A stretch of DNA of 64,000 bases from the NCBI GenBank assembly GCA_947630125.1, contig CANRGO010000002.1:6829-70828 (forward strand), written 5' to 3'. Shown one piece after another: positions 56,302 to 64,000 of this stretch; positions within the stretch are counted from its first letter, which is position 1, and each line of letters starts with the position of its first letter. The stretch comes from an uncultured Lachnospiraceae bacterium. GTDB taxonomy: Bacteria; Bacillota; Clostridia; Lachnospirales; Lachnospiraceae. The notes beneath the pieces were generated by a model. That model was not told the origin of the DNA, ran no database searches, and was given only the letters and a program-made list of their open reading frames with translations. The position numbers were made by a program, and so were the translations under genes.

Positions 56302-58527
56302 ATGAATTCCAATCTAAAAAATCCGAAACTTAAAGAAATGCTGGAATTATTGGATAAAAATAGATATAGCAAAATGGAAGAAACCATAGAACTAGCGCAT
56401 GTGGTTTATGAAGAATGCAAAAAAGAAAATCATGAACCAGGGATGGCATTTGCCTTGCTGGCCATCGGTCAGGCTTTTGTAGATAGCAGTCATTATGAGG
56501 AAGCTTTAAATTATTTGTTTGATTGTATAAAACTTGCACAAAATCAAGATATCTGTGACTTGCAGATTCTGGCCTATATTAGCATTGGCAATATGTATTT
56601 TGATTTGGGAAACTATGAGAAAAGTCTGGAATACTATCAGGCAGGAGAACGTTTGATTCGGATTATGAATCACAGTAGAAATTATTATAAAAATGTTAAT
56701 CCTGATTTTTATACCACAAAGATTAAAAATAATCTAGGAGAAATTCATCGGCTGATTGGTAGCTATCACGAAGCTAAAGAATACTATGAAACTGCGATTC
56801 AGATGGAGAAGGATAGTAATTATGCAGCATCCTTTGGAACCACGCTTTCTAATCTTGGAAATGTGGAATATCACTTAGGAAACTACCAGAAAGCAATTGC
56901 TTATTTTAAAGAGGCTATTCACTGGCTCTTACATTATGATTATCAATTAGGTTTGATCGAATCCTATGGTATGCTTGCCCTTGTGTATGAGAAACTGGAA
57001 AAAAATAAAGAATGCACCAAGTATTTTAAATTGGCAATTGATTTATCCTCCAACATTGAATATGCTTACAGTAAAGTTGATATTCTAATTGACTATAGTC
57101 AGTATTTGGAGCGCTCTGGTTTGCGTGAACTTTCTTTAAAAAACCTTGAGGAAGCATATTCTATAAGTAGTGACAAGAAATTGTATGCAAAGTCCATGGA
57201 AATTTGTAAGAAAGTGGTTTTGCTTTTGGAAAAATCAGGAGATTTGGTAAAAAGCAATTATTATTATCGTTTATATTTTGAAAATGAGGCTTGCCTAGCA
57301 CCAATCAAACAAGAAAATAAAGCTAGAAATCTTAAAATGAAAATGGAACTTGATCATTTGGAAGATGAACACAAGAATATTGTAGAGCAAAGTGAAGTTT
57401 TTCGAAGACGAACAGAGGACTTAATTGAAATCATTAAAAATATTTCCATTATCAATGAATTGGGAGAAAAACTTTCTACAACACTGGAGCTAGAAAAAAT
57501 ATACGAGATGTTGTTTGATACCGTACAAGGGATTGTGTCTTTTAGTGCTTTTGCAGTAGGTTTATATAATCAGGATAGCAATTCGATTCAATACCATTTT
57601 GCAGTAGAAAATCAGAATAGAATTCCTATGTATCAGACTAATTTGGACAACGAATCATCACTTGCGGTAAAGTGTTTACAAAATAATCAGACATTGGTCA
57701 TCAATGATATGGGAAATGAGTATCTATATTATATAGAGGATGTTAACTATATTACGTCTAAAAAAGGAAACGAAGATTTGAAATCTGCGATATTTTGTCC
57801 TTTGATAATTGATCAGGTTATGATTGGGGTAATGACTGTTCAGGCTACCGAAAAAAATGCATTTACCACCTTGGTGGTGGAAATGATTAAAGCCTTATCC
57901 ACTTATGCAGCAATTGCAATTCATAATTCCATCAAATCAAAAAGTCTGGTGAATGAAATTAGTCAGAGAGTAAAATTTCAGGAACAATTAGAGGAAACAA
58001 ATCGAAAACTAATGTATTTGTCGGAAAATGATGGACTTACGAACATTCCAAACAGACGAAAATTAGATTATGTGATTAGTGAAACCTGGGAGACTTGTAA
58101 GAGTAAACAGGAAGTACTGTCTTTGATTATCTTTGATATTGATCATTTTAAACAATATAATGATAATTTTGGACATACAAAAGGGGATCAGTGTTTAATT
58201 GATGTTTGTGATTACCTGAAGGATAAAATCAATCAGAAGTATTTTGCAGCCCGATATGGAGGGGATGAATTTGTTGTCCTGTTACCGGAAACGTCCTTAG
58301 ATTTTGCAAAGGAATTTGCTGAAGAATTCCGAATAGGGATTGAAAAAATGGCATTTCCAAATCCCTACTCAAAAGTTAGCAATGTGGTAACCGTAACCCT
58401 AGGGGGTAGTAGTGTGAAACCAACTGATCAGTTTGAAATTATTGATTTGATTCGTCAGGCAGATATGAATCTTTATGCAGCAAAAGAAAATGGAAAAAAT
58501 CAAGTGGTAGGATCTGAGTTATCTTGA
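56302..58527 (+). CDS. TPR-GAF-GGDEF diguanylate cyclase
   Basis: N-terminal TPR repeats (..YEEALNYL.., ..YEKSLEYY.., ..YQKAIAYF..); GAF-like middle; intact RYGGDEFVVLL active site; no obvious RxxD I-site seen. Confidence 0.85.
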   Translation: MNSNLKNPKLKEMLELLDKNRYSKMEETIELAHVVYEECKKENHEPGMAFALLAIGQAFVDSSHYEEALNYLFDCIKLAQNQDICDLQILAYISIGNMYFDLGNYEKSLEYYQAGERLIRIMNHSRNYYKNVNPDFYTTKIKNNLGEIHRLIGSYHEAKEYYETAIQMEKDSNYAASFGTTLSNLGNVEYHLGNYQKAIAYFKEAIHWLLHYDYQLGLIESYGMLALVYEKLEKNKECTKYFKLAIDLSSNIEYAYSKVDILIDYSQYLERSGLRELSLKNLEEAYSISSDKKLYAKSMEICKKVVLLLEKSGDLVKSNYYYRLYFENEACLAPIKQENKARNLKMKMELDHLEDEHKNIVEQSEVFRRRTEDLIEIIKNISIINELGEKLSTTLELEKIYEMLFDTVQGIVSFSAFAVGLYNQDSNSIQYHFAVENQNRIPMYQTNLDNESSLAVKCLQNNQTLVINDMGNEYLYYIEDVNYITSKKGNEDLKSAIFCPLIIDQVMIGVMTVQATEKNAFTTLVVEMIKALSTYAAIAIHNSIKSKSLVNEISQRVKFQEQLEETNRKLMYLSENDGLTNIPNRRKLDYVISETWETCKSKQEVLSLIIFDIDHFKQYNDNFGHTKGDQCLIDVCDYLKDKINQKYFAARYGGDEFVVLLPETSLDFAKEFAEEFRIGIEKMAFPNPYSKVSNVVTVTLGGSSVKPTDQFEIIDLIRQADMNLYAAKENGKNQVVGSELS

Positions 58528-58778
58528 GTCTCTTCCGCTGTGGGTAGTTCATCTTCTGGCCAGACAGTAGCTAAAGTACGTTTATTGGCATAGACCCCAT
58601 AAAGCCAGATATAAACCCAAAGTAAAATGGGTAAAAATATCATAGCAAGAGCGCTTGCCATAAATAAGCGTTCTTTTCCTGGAAAATCAAGGATAGCAAT
58701 CACCAGTGTACTAATGGAAAGAAGAACTAATAAAACAATTGCAACAATGGCAAGGATGCGTTTTGTATTTTTTTTCAT
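58500..58778 (-). CDS. Hypothetical small membrane protein (two TM)
   Basis: MKKNTKRILAIVAIVLLVLLSISTLVIAIL.. and ..MIFLPILLWVYIWLYGVY. Convergent 28-nt overlap with the GGDEF gene. Confidence 0.5.
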   Translation of the reverse strand: MKKNTKRILAIVAIVLLVLLSISTLVIAILDFPGKERLFMASALAMIFLPILLWVYIWLYGVYANKRTLATVWPEDELPTAEETQDNSDPTT

Positions 58779-58959
58779 ATGATGGTTTCCTTTTCTTTTT
58801 TTTAAGAACTAATTTTATCTTAACATAGATTTATAGGAATCGGAACGAGGTTGTGAAATAATCTTTGATTATTTTTTCAAGATACTATATAATATACAGG
58901 TACTTAACAGAGGATAACCTCTTATATTATGGATTATATAGAAAAGGTAGGAAATAATA

Positions 58960-59463
58960 ATGGCATTATTAGAACAGTGGAGAAGCAGTGCTTACTCTGA
59001 AACCGCAAATAAAGGTGAATTACAGAGAATGTGGGCGGCTTATTTTCAAAAAGAAAAAGAGATTTATCAGGAACTTTTAAAGGATCCAAAAAAAGAAGCA
59101 AAAGGAACTGTAAAAGAGCTTGCTGAGAAATTTCAAGTTGACATAATGACAATGACTGGTTTTTTAGATGGTATCAATGATAGTTTAGTAAAGCAGAATC
59201 CAATTGAAGAAATGGATGAAGATACCAAAGTCAGCCTAAAATTTGATATTGAATTGCTATATAAAAACATGGTAGGTGCACAGGCAGATTGGTTATATGA
59301 ATTAGAAGAATGGGATACAATCCTTGATGAAGAACGTAGAAAAGAATTATACAAAGAACAAAAAGTTTCTACTACAGTAATTAAAGAAGAAAAAGTTTAT
59401 CCTAATGATCCATGTCCTTGTGGAAGTGGTAAAAAGTATAAAAAATGTTGTGGAAAAAATTAA
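58960..59463 (+). CDS. SEC-C metal-binding motif protein
   Basis: C-terminal [15 protein letters not shown]. Confidence 0.8.
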   Translation: MALLEQWRSSAYSETANKGELQRMWAAYFQKEKEIYQELLKDPKKEAKGTVKELAEKFQVDIMTMTGFLDGINDSLVKQNPIEEMDEDTKVSLKFDIELLYKNMVGAQADWLYELEEWDTILDEERRKELYKEQKVSTTVIKEEKVYPNDPCPCGSGKKYKKCCGKN

Positions 59464-59484
59464 ATTAAAAAAGCCTTTACAGAT

Positions 59485-59513
59485 TTGATTTTTCGGCATA
59501 GAATACCTATATA
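59485..59513 (+). promoter_or_regulatory. Sigma-A promoter candidate for the T-box leader
   Basis: TTGATT-N17-TATATA. Confidence 0.45.
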
Positions 59514-59564
59514 AATGTACGTGTCATGCGTACAATATGAAAAATTGATAGAACATATAAGAAT

Positions 59565-59800
59565 ACGTTGATGAGACGAGTACAATATGGAAAGTAGCAG
59601 AGAGAGATACCCCTTGTTTTCTGGGTGCTGAAAGTATCTTTTCTGGAAATGTTGGAAAACTAACTCTGAGTGGTCCTAATCAGACCCGGTAATTCCGTTA
59701 TCATTGTTAAAGAGACTTTAAATAGTTATTTTTAAAGTAAGTAGGGTGGAACCGCGTGATGAACGTCCCTTGTGCTAGTATCTAGTGCAAGGGATTTTTT
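59565..59800 (+). promoter_or_regulatory. T-box riboswitch leader, probable Thr (ACU) specifier, with terminator
   Basis: GA/K-turn UUGAUGAG..AGUA; AGAGAG box; distal GGUGCUGAAAG; specifier region GGAAA-ACU-A. T-box core AGGGUGGAACCGCG. Terminator CCCTTGTGCTAG-TATC-TAGTGCAAGGG followed by T7. Confidence 0.85.
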
Positions 59801-59864
59801 TATTTCAAAGAATCCAGTCATTTAGCAAGAGGCAACTGTGCCGCAATGAGGAAAGGGAAGGTAA

Positions 59865-60188
59865 ATGAACATGAAACAATCCACAAAAGAAAATTTAAAC
59901 AAATTATTTGTAGGGGAAGTTACCCTGAAAAAAAGAGAACTTTGGTTAGTAGGAGCAGTATGTTTATTTTTTGGAATTATTTATGGTTTGAAAAAAGCTC
60001 CACTTACAAAAGGTGTAAATGTTACAGTAGGAAGTAATAATGGAAACCACAATAGTAATTGCAGTAATGAAGATGCAGATGATTGCGAATGTGTTGAAGT
60101 ATGTGAATGCGAAGATGACGATTGTTGTTGTGACGATGACTGTTGTTGTGAAGATGACGATTGCTGTAACGAAGAATGCAATTGTTAA
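59865..60188 (+). CDS. Hypothetical single-pass membrane protein with extreme Cys/Asp/Glu-rich C-terminal tail
   Basis: RBS GGGAAGG; TM LWLVGAVCLFFGIIYGL. The tail CSNEDADDCECVEVCECEDDDCCCDDDCCCEDDDCCNEECNC has 15 Cys and 20 D/E in 42 aa. Lies between the T-box terminator and thrS. Confidence 0.6.
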   Translation: MNMKQSTKENLNKLFVGEVTLKKRELWLVGAVCLFFGIIYGLKKAPLTKGVNVTVGSNNGNHNSNCSNEDADDCECVEVCECEDDDCCCDDDCCCEDDDCCNEECNC

Positions 60189-60224
60189 GTATTTATTTTT
60201 AAAGCAGGAAGGATTGGTAGTAAC

Positions 60225-62183
60225 ATGAAAATAACATTAAAAGATGGATCTCAAAAAGAGTATGCAGCAAGCATGTCAATCTATGACATTGCATTTGATA
60301 TTAGTGAAGGCTTGGCAAGAATGGCCTGTGCTGGTGAAGTAAATGGAAAAGTATGTGATTTGAGACAGGAAATCAGTGAAGATTGTGAGCTAAATATTTT
60401 AACAGCAAATGATGCAGAAGGACTTCAAGTGCTTCGCCATACAACCTCTCATGTTTTGGCAGAAGCTGTTAAAAGAGTATTTCCAGATGCTAAACTTGCG
60501 ATTGGACCAAGCATTGATACCGGATATTATTATGATTTCGAACATGCTCCTTTTACCAGAGAAGATTTGGATTTAATTGAAGCAGAAATGAAAAAAATCA
60601 TAAAAGAAGGAAATAAATTAGAACGTTTTACGCTTGCTAGAGAAGAAGCAGTGCGTTTTATGGAAGACAAACAGGAACCTTACAAAGTTGAGCTAATACG
60701 TGATCTCCCAGAAGATGCAGTGATTTCTTTTTATAGCCAAGGAGATTTTGTAGACTTATGTGCAGGACCTCACTTAATGAGTACCAAAAATATAAAAGCT
60801 TTCAAACTTATTTCTTCTTCAGGTGCTTATTGGAGAGGGAAATCTGAAAACACTATGCTACAAAGAATCTATGGAACTGCATTTAATAAGAAAGAAGAGC
60901 TTGCGGCATATCTGGAGCACTTAGAAGATATTAAAAAGCGTGACCATAATAAATTAGGTCGTGAAATGGAATTATTTACAACGGTGGATGTAATTGGACA
61001 AGGTCTTCCTCTTATGATGCCAAAAGGAACTAAAATGATTCAGACTCTTCAGCGTTGGATTGAAGATGAAGAAGAAAGACGTGGATATGTAAGAACAAAA
61101 ACTCCACTGATGGCGAAAAAAGATCTTTATGTAATTTCAGATCATTGGGCACATTATAAAGAAGGCATGTTTGTGCTGGGAGATGAAGAGAAGGAAGAAG
61201 AGGTATTTGCTCTTCGACCAATGACATGTCCATTCCAGTATTATGTTTATAAGAATAGCCAAAAATCCTATCGTGATTTACCTTTACGTTATGGTGAAAC
61301 ATCAACTCTTTTTAGAAATGAAGATTCAGGTGAAATGCATGGATTAACAAGAGTTCGTCAGTTTACTATTTCTGAAGGACACTTGATTGTAAGACCTGAT
61401 CAGGTGGAAGAAGAATTTAAAGGTTGTATTGATTTAGCGAAATACTGTCTCACAACTCTAGGACTTGCAGATGATGTGACCTATCGTTTATCAAAGTGGG
61501 ATCCTAATAACAAAGCAAAATATATGGGAAATGAAGAAACATGGAATTATGTACAGGATACCATGAGAGATATTTTAAATCACATTGGCATTAAATTTAC
61601 AGAGGCTGATGGAGAAGCTGCTTTTTATGGTCCAAAGTTAGATATTCAGGCTAAAAACGTATACGGTAAAGAAGATACCATGATAACCATTCAGTTGGAT
61701 ATGTTTATTGCTGAACGTTTTGATATGACTTACATTGATTCCAATGGTGAAAAAGTACGTCCCTATATCATCCACAGAACAAGTATGGGCTGTTATGAAA
61801 GAACACTTGCCTGGTTGATTGAAAAATATGCAGGTAAATTCCCAACATGGTTATGTCCAGAACAGGTTCGTGTACTTCCAATCTCTGAAAAGTATGCGGA
61901 GTATGCGAAAAAAGTAGAAGAAGTATTAAAAAGCAATGGTGTACTTGCAACACTTGACAATCGTTCTGAAAAAATTGGCTATAAGATTCGTGAAACAAGA
62001 CTTGCAAAAGTTCCATATATGCTGGTAGTTGGACAGAAGGAAGAAGAGGATGGACTGGTTAGTGTTCGTAGCAGATTCCTTGGAGATGAAGGACAAAAGC
62101 CATTAAGTCAGTTTATCGATGAGATTACAAAAGAAATCAGAACCAAAGAAATTCGTAAGGAAATGGTTGTGGAAGAGAACTAA
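60225..62183 (+). CDS. thrS: Threonine--tRNA ligase
   Basis: TGS domain, second additional domain (HTTSH..), class II core (..RPMTCP.., ..FRNE.SG..GL.RVR.F..), anticodon-binding domain. Confidence 0.95.
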   Translation: MKITLKDGSQKEYAASMSIYDIAFDISEGLARMACAGEVNGKVCDLRQEISEDCELNILTANDAEGLQVLRHTTSHVLAEAVKRVFPDAKLAIGPSIDTGYYYDFEHAPFTREDLDLIEAEMKKIIKEGNKLERFTLAREEAVRFMEDKQEPYKVELIRDLPEDAVISFYSQGDFVDLCAGPHLMSTKNIKAFKLISSSGAYWRGKSENTMLQRIYGTAFNKKEELAAYLEHLEDIKKRDHNKLGREMELFTTVDVIGQGLPLMMPKGTKMIQTLQRWIEDEEERRGYVRTKTPLMAKKDLYVISDHWAHYKEGMFVLGDEEKEEEVFALRPMTCPFQYYVYKNSQKSYRDLPLRYGETSTLFRNEDSGEMHGLTRVRQFTISEGHLIVRPDQVEEEFKGCIDLAKYCLTTLGLADDVTYRLSKWDPNNKAKYMGNEETWNYVQDTMRDILNHIGIKFTEADGEAAFYGPKLDIQAKNVYGKEDTMITIQLDMFIAERFDMTYIDSNGEKVRPYIIHRTSMGCYERTLAWLIEKYAGKFPTWLCPEQVRVLPISEKYAEYAKKVEEVLKSNGVLATLDNRSEKIGYKIRETRLAKVPYMLVVGQKEEEDGLVSVRSRFLGDEGQKPLSQFIDEITKEIRTKEIRKEMVVEEN

Positions 62184-62184
62184 T

Positions 62185-63066
62185 ATGACAGTAGAAAAAC
62201 GAAAAGTGTGGGCTCATATAGCGGGGATTCTAACTGCCGTTATATGGGGGACCACCTTTATATCGACAAAAGTACTTTTGGAAGATTTTGAACCAATTGC
62301 TGTTTTGATTTATCGATTTATCATTGCCTATGTTGCTTTAAGCATAATCAAGCCGAAGCCTTTAGCCTTTGAGAGTCTAAAAAAAGAGTTTTGGTATTTT
62401 TTGGCAGGTTTATTAGGGGTTACCATATATTTTCTATTTGAGAATATTGGATTAACCTACACCCTAGCGAGTAATGCAAGTGTAATTGTATCAACAGCCC
62501 CTTTATTTACAGCACTTTTGGTTTTTGTTTTCTTGAAAAATGAAAAGCCAAAAAAATATTTTTTCATTGGCTTTCTATTTGCTATGTCTGGAATTGCATT
62601 GATTAGTTTTCAGGGAACATCAACCCTGGAATTACATGTCATAGGTGATTTGTTAGCCTTAGGTGCCGCAATTGTTTGGGCTTTTTATTCCGTGATATTG
62701 AAGAAACACGTGGATATGAGCAAGCAGATGATAGAAATAACAAAGAGAATTATTTTTTATGGGATTCTAACGATGCTCCCATTTGGAGCAGTGTATGGAG
62801 CAAAACTAGATTTGAACAAACTGTTTTCAGGAGTAAACCTTGGAAACTTCTTGTATCTTGGAATAGGAGCTTCTGCGATTTGCTATGTAACCTGGAATTA
62901 TTCGCTGGAAGTTTTGGGAGCACTAAAAGCCAGTCTGTATATTTATCTGGTTCCAGTAATAGCAATTATTACTTCAGTTGTTGTTTTGGGAGAACCTTTT
63001 ACTTTAACAGTTGCAGCTGGAGTGGTGTTAACCTTAGCAGGACTTTTGATTTCTGAAAAGAAATAA
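62185..63066 (+). CDS. EamA/DMT-family transporter
   Basis: Start trimmed to MTVEKRKVWAHIAG.. 2 nt after the thrS stop; 10 TM; duplicated EamA pattern. Confidence 0.8.
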   Translation: MTVEKRKVWAHIAGILTAVIWGTTFISTKVLLEDFEPIAVLIYRFIIAYVALSIIKPKPLAFESLKKEFWYFLAGLLGVTIYFLFENIGLTYTLASNASVIVSTAPLFTALLVFVFLKNEKPKKYFFIGFLFAMSGIALISFQGTSTLELHVIGDLLALGAAIVWAFYSVILKKHVDMSKQMIEITKRIIFYGILTMLPFGAVYGAKLDLNKLFSGVNLGNFLYLGIGASAICYVTWNYSLEVLGALKASLYIYLVPVIAIITSVVVLGEPFTLTVAAGVVLTLAGLLISEKK

Positions 63067-63093
63067 GTTTATATTGGAGGAATTTGAAATAGA

Positions 63094-63741
63094 ATGTTGT
63101 TAAAAAAACTAAAATGGTCAATTTTAAGTATAGGGTTGGTATTTTCTATGATTGGATGTTCTAATGTTTCAACATCAGAAGAAGGAACTGCACTTGATGT
63201 GAAAGTGGAAGAAGAACTTGAACCAGAAGAATTATCACTTCAATCGGGGTTACACCAGGTGGAGATTGTGGTGAAGGATTTTGGAAGCATTATAGTTGAA
63301 CTAGATGCAGATGTTGCACCAATCACCGTAACGAATTTTATGAAATTGGTCGAAGAAGGGTTTTACGATGGCTTAACTTTTCATCGCATTATCAGTGGTT
63401 TTATGATTCAGGGTGGTGACCCAAATGGAAATGGTACTGGTGGTTCAGGTACGTCGATTACCGGTGAGTTCTCCATGAATACAATCAAAAATGATATTTC
63501 TCATACCAGAGGAGTTATATCCATGGCTCGCTCTGCGAATATGAATAGTGCAAGTTCCCAGTTTTTTATTATGCATCAGGATGCAACACAGCTGGATGGA
63601 CAGTATGCTGCCTTTGGTCATGTTACGGAAGGAATGGAAATTGTGGATCAAATCTGTGAACTTACCAAAGTTCAGGATTATAATGGCACAGTGGATCCAG
63701 TGGATCAGCCAATTATTGAGAAAATCACAATTATTGAATAA
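63094..63741 (+). CDS. Cyclophilin-type peptidyl-prolyl isomerase lipoprotein
   Basis: Lipobox MIGC-S; FHRIISGFMIQGGDP; SMAR..NSASSQFFI. Confidence 0.9.
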   Translation: MLLKKLKWSILSIGLVFSMIGCSNVSTSEEGTALDVKVEEELEPEELSLQSGLHQVEIVVKDFGSIIVELDADVAPITVTNFMKLVEEGFYDGLTFHRIISGFMIQGGDPNGNGTGGSGTSITGEFSMNTIKNDISHTRGVISMARSANMNSASSQFFIMHQDATQLDGQYAAFGHVTEGMEIVDQICELTKVQDYNGTVDPVDQPIIEKITIIE

Positions 63742-63913
63742 ATAGGTATTGACTTATGAAGCAAGCCGTGGTATTCTTCATTGGTATGAAAAATACATTA
63801 AAACAAAGCAGAGTTTCCACTCTCACCCTAGCGCATTGGCGGATAGGTGTTAATAGTTTGCAAGTTTTCAAATGATTACTATATTTTCATTTGAGTACCC
63901 TGTGTAAATTATG

Positions 63914-63941
63914 GTGGATAGTCTGACTATCCACTTTTTTT
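63914..63941 (+). terminator. Rho-independent terminator
   Basis: GTGGATAG-TCTGA-CTATCCAC 8-bp stem followed by T7, 172 nt after the PPIase stop. Confidence 0.85.
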
Positions 63942-64000
63942 ATTGTCTATATAATCAGTGGTTGTTGTTAAGATTCATGAATTTGAAATATTTTTCATTA

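Noticed and set aside
59981-60181. Minus-strand 66-aa ORF rich in Ser/Gln (SSSSQQQSSSQQQ), antisense to the Cys-rich gene
   Set aside because: It mirrors the low-complexity GAT/GAC/TGT repeats, has no RBS, and the plus-strand ORF has an RBS, a TM helix and operon context.
59865-60188. Cys/Asp-rich ORF as a RiPP (ranthipeptide/SCIFF-like) precursor
   Set aside because: No radical-SAM maturase, protease or exporter is adjacent. The peptide has a TM anchor rather than a leader, and it is flanked only by the T-box and thrS.

Overview
Low-GC Firmicutes/Clostridia-type chromosomal segment (gene content and protein sequences look Lachnospiraceae-like; taxon not verifiable here). It is densely coding, with about 55 credible CDS, one tRNA-Gly(GCC) and one T-box leader. 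I found no transposase, integrase, CRISPR array or obvious prophage or defence genes. Most of the window is housekeeping. It holds an efflux adaptor, MacB-like protein and large lipoprotein (1-4.1 kb), and a HAD hydrolase plus short flagellin-like gene behind a sigma-D-type promoter. A sugar ABC importer with a LacI regulator lies at 7.1-11.6 kb, followed by sfsA, mutY, a GT2, and a PAP2-like protein with a lipid kinase. A GltD-like oxidoreductase plus [FeFe] hydrogenase pair sits behind a near-perfect clostridial Rex box. Next come glyA, an MCP, and a threonine-branch operon (ACT protein, hom, apgM-like putative homoserine kinase, aspartate kinase). Then come a GH3 enzyme, tRNA-Gly, an ABC exporter, TraX, a beta-CASP hydrolase, thyA, folA, ilvE and a YtrA-type GntR/ABC operon. 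The right-hand end carries purC, purF, purB and purA, an M20 peptidase, LysR, a HAD hydrolase, a TPR-GAF-GGDEF protein, a SEC-C protein, T-box-controlled thrS, an EamA transporter and a cyclophilin. Three regions are not explained by recognisable families. (1) A tightly coupled five-gene operon (41374-48316, about 2,300 aa) encodes a beta-rich protein, an 881-aa helical-repeat protein, a degenerate actin/Hsp70-like protein, a TPR-like protein and a coiled-coil membrane-hairpin protein. This is my best candidate for an undescribed system. (2) An 814-bp ORF-free island (30008-30821) has a consensus promoter, five tandem 18-nt units and a strong terminator, suggesting a candidate ~0.5 kb structured RNA. 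(3) A membrane-anchored protein whose 42-residue tail has 15 Cys and 20 Asp/Glu is inserted between the Thr T-box and thrS. All calls rest on reading the sequence and translations by eye; no database search was run.
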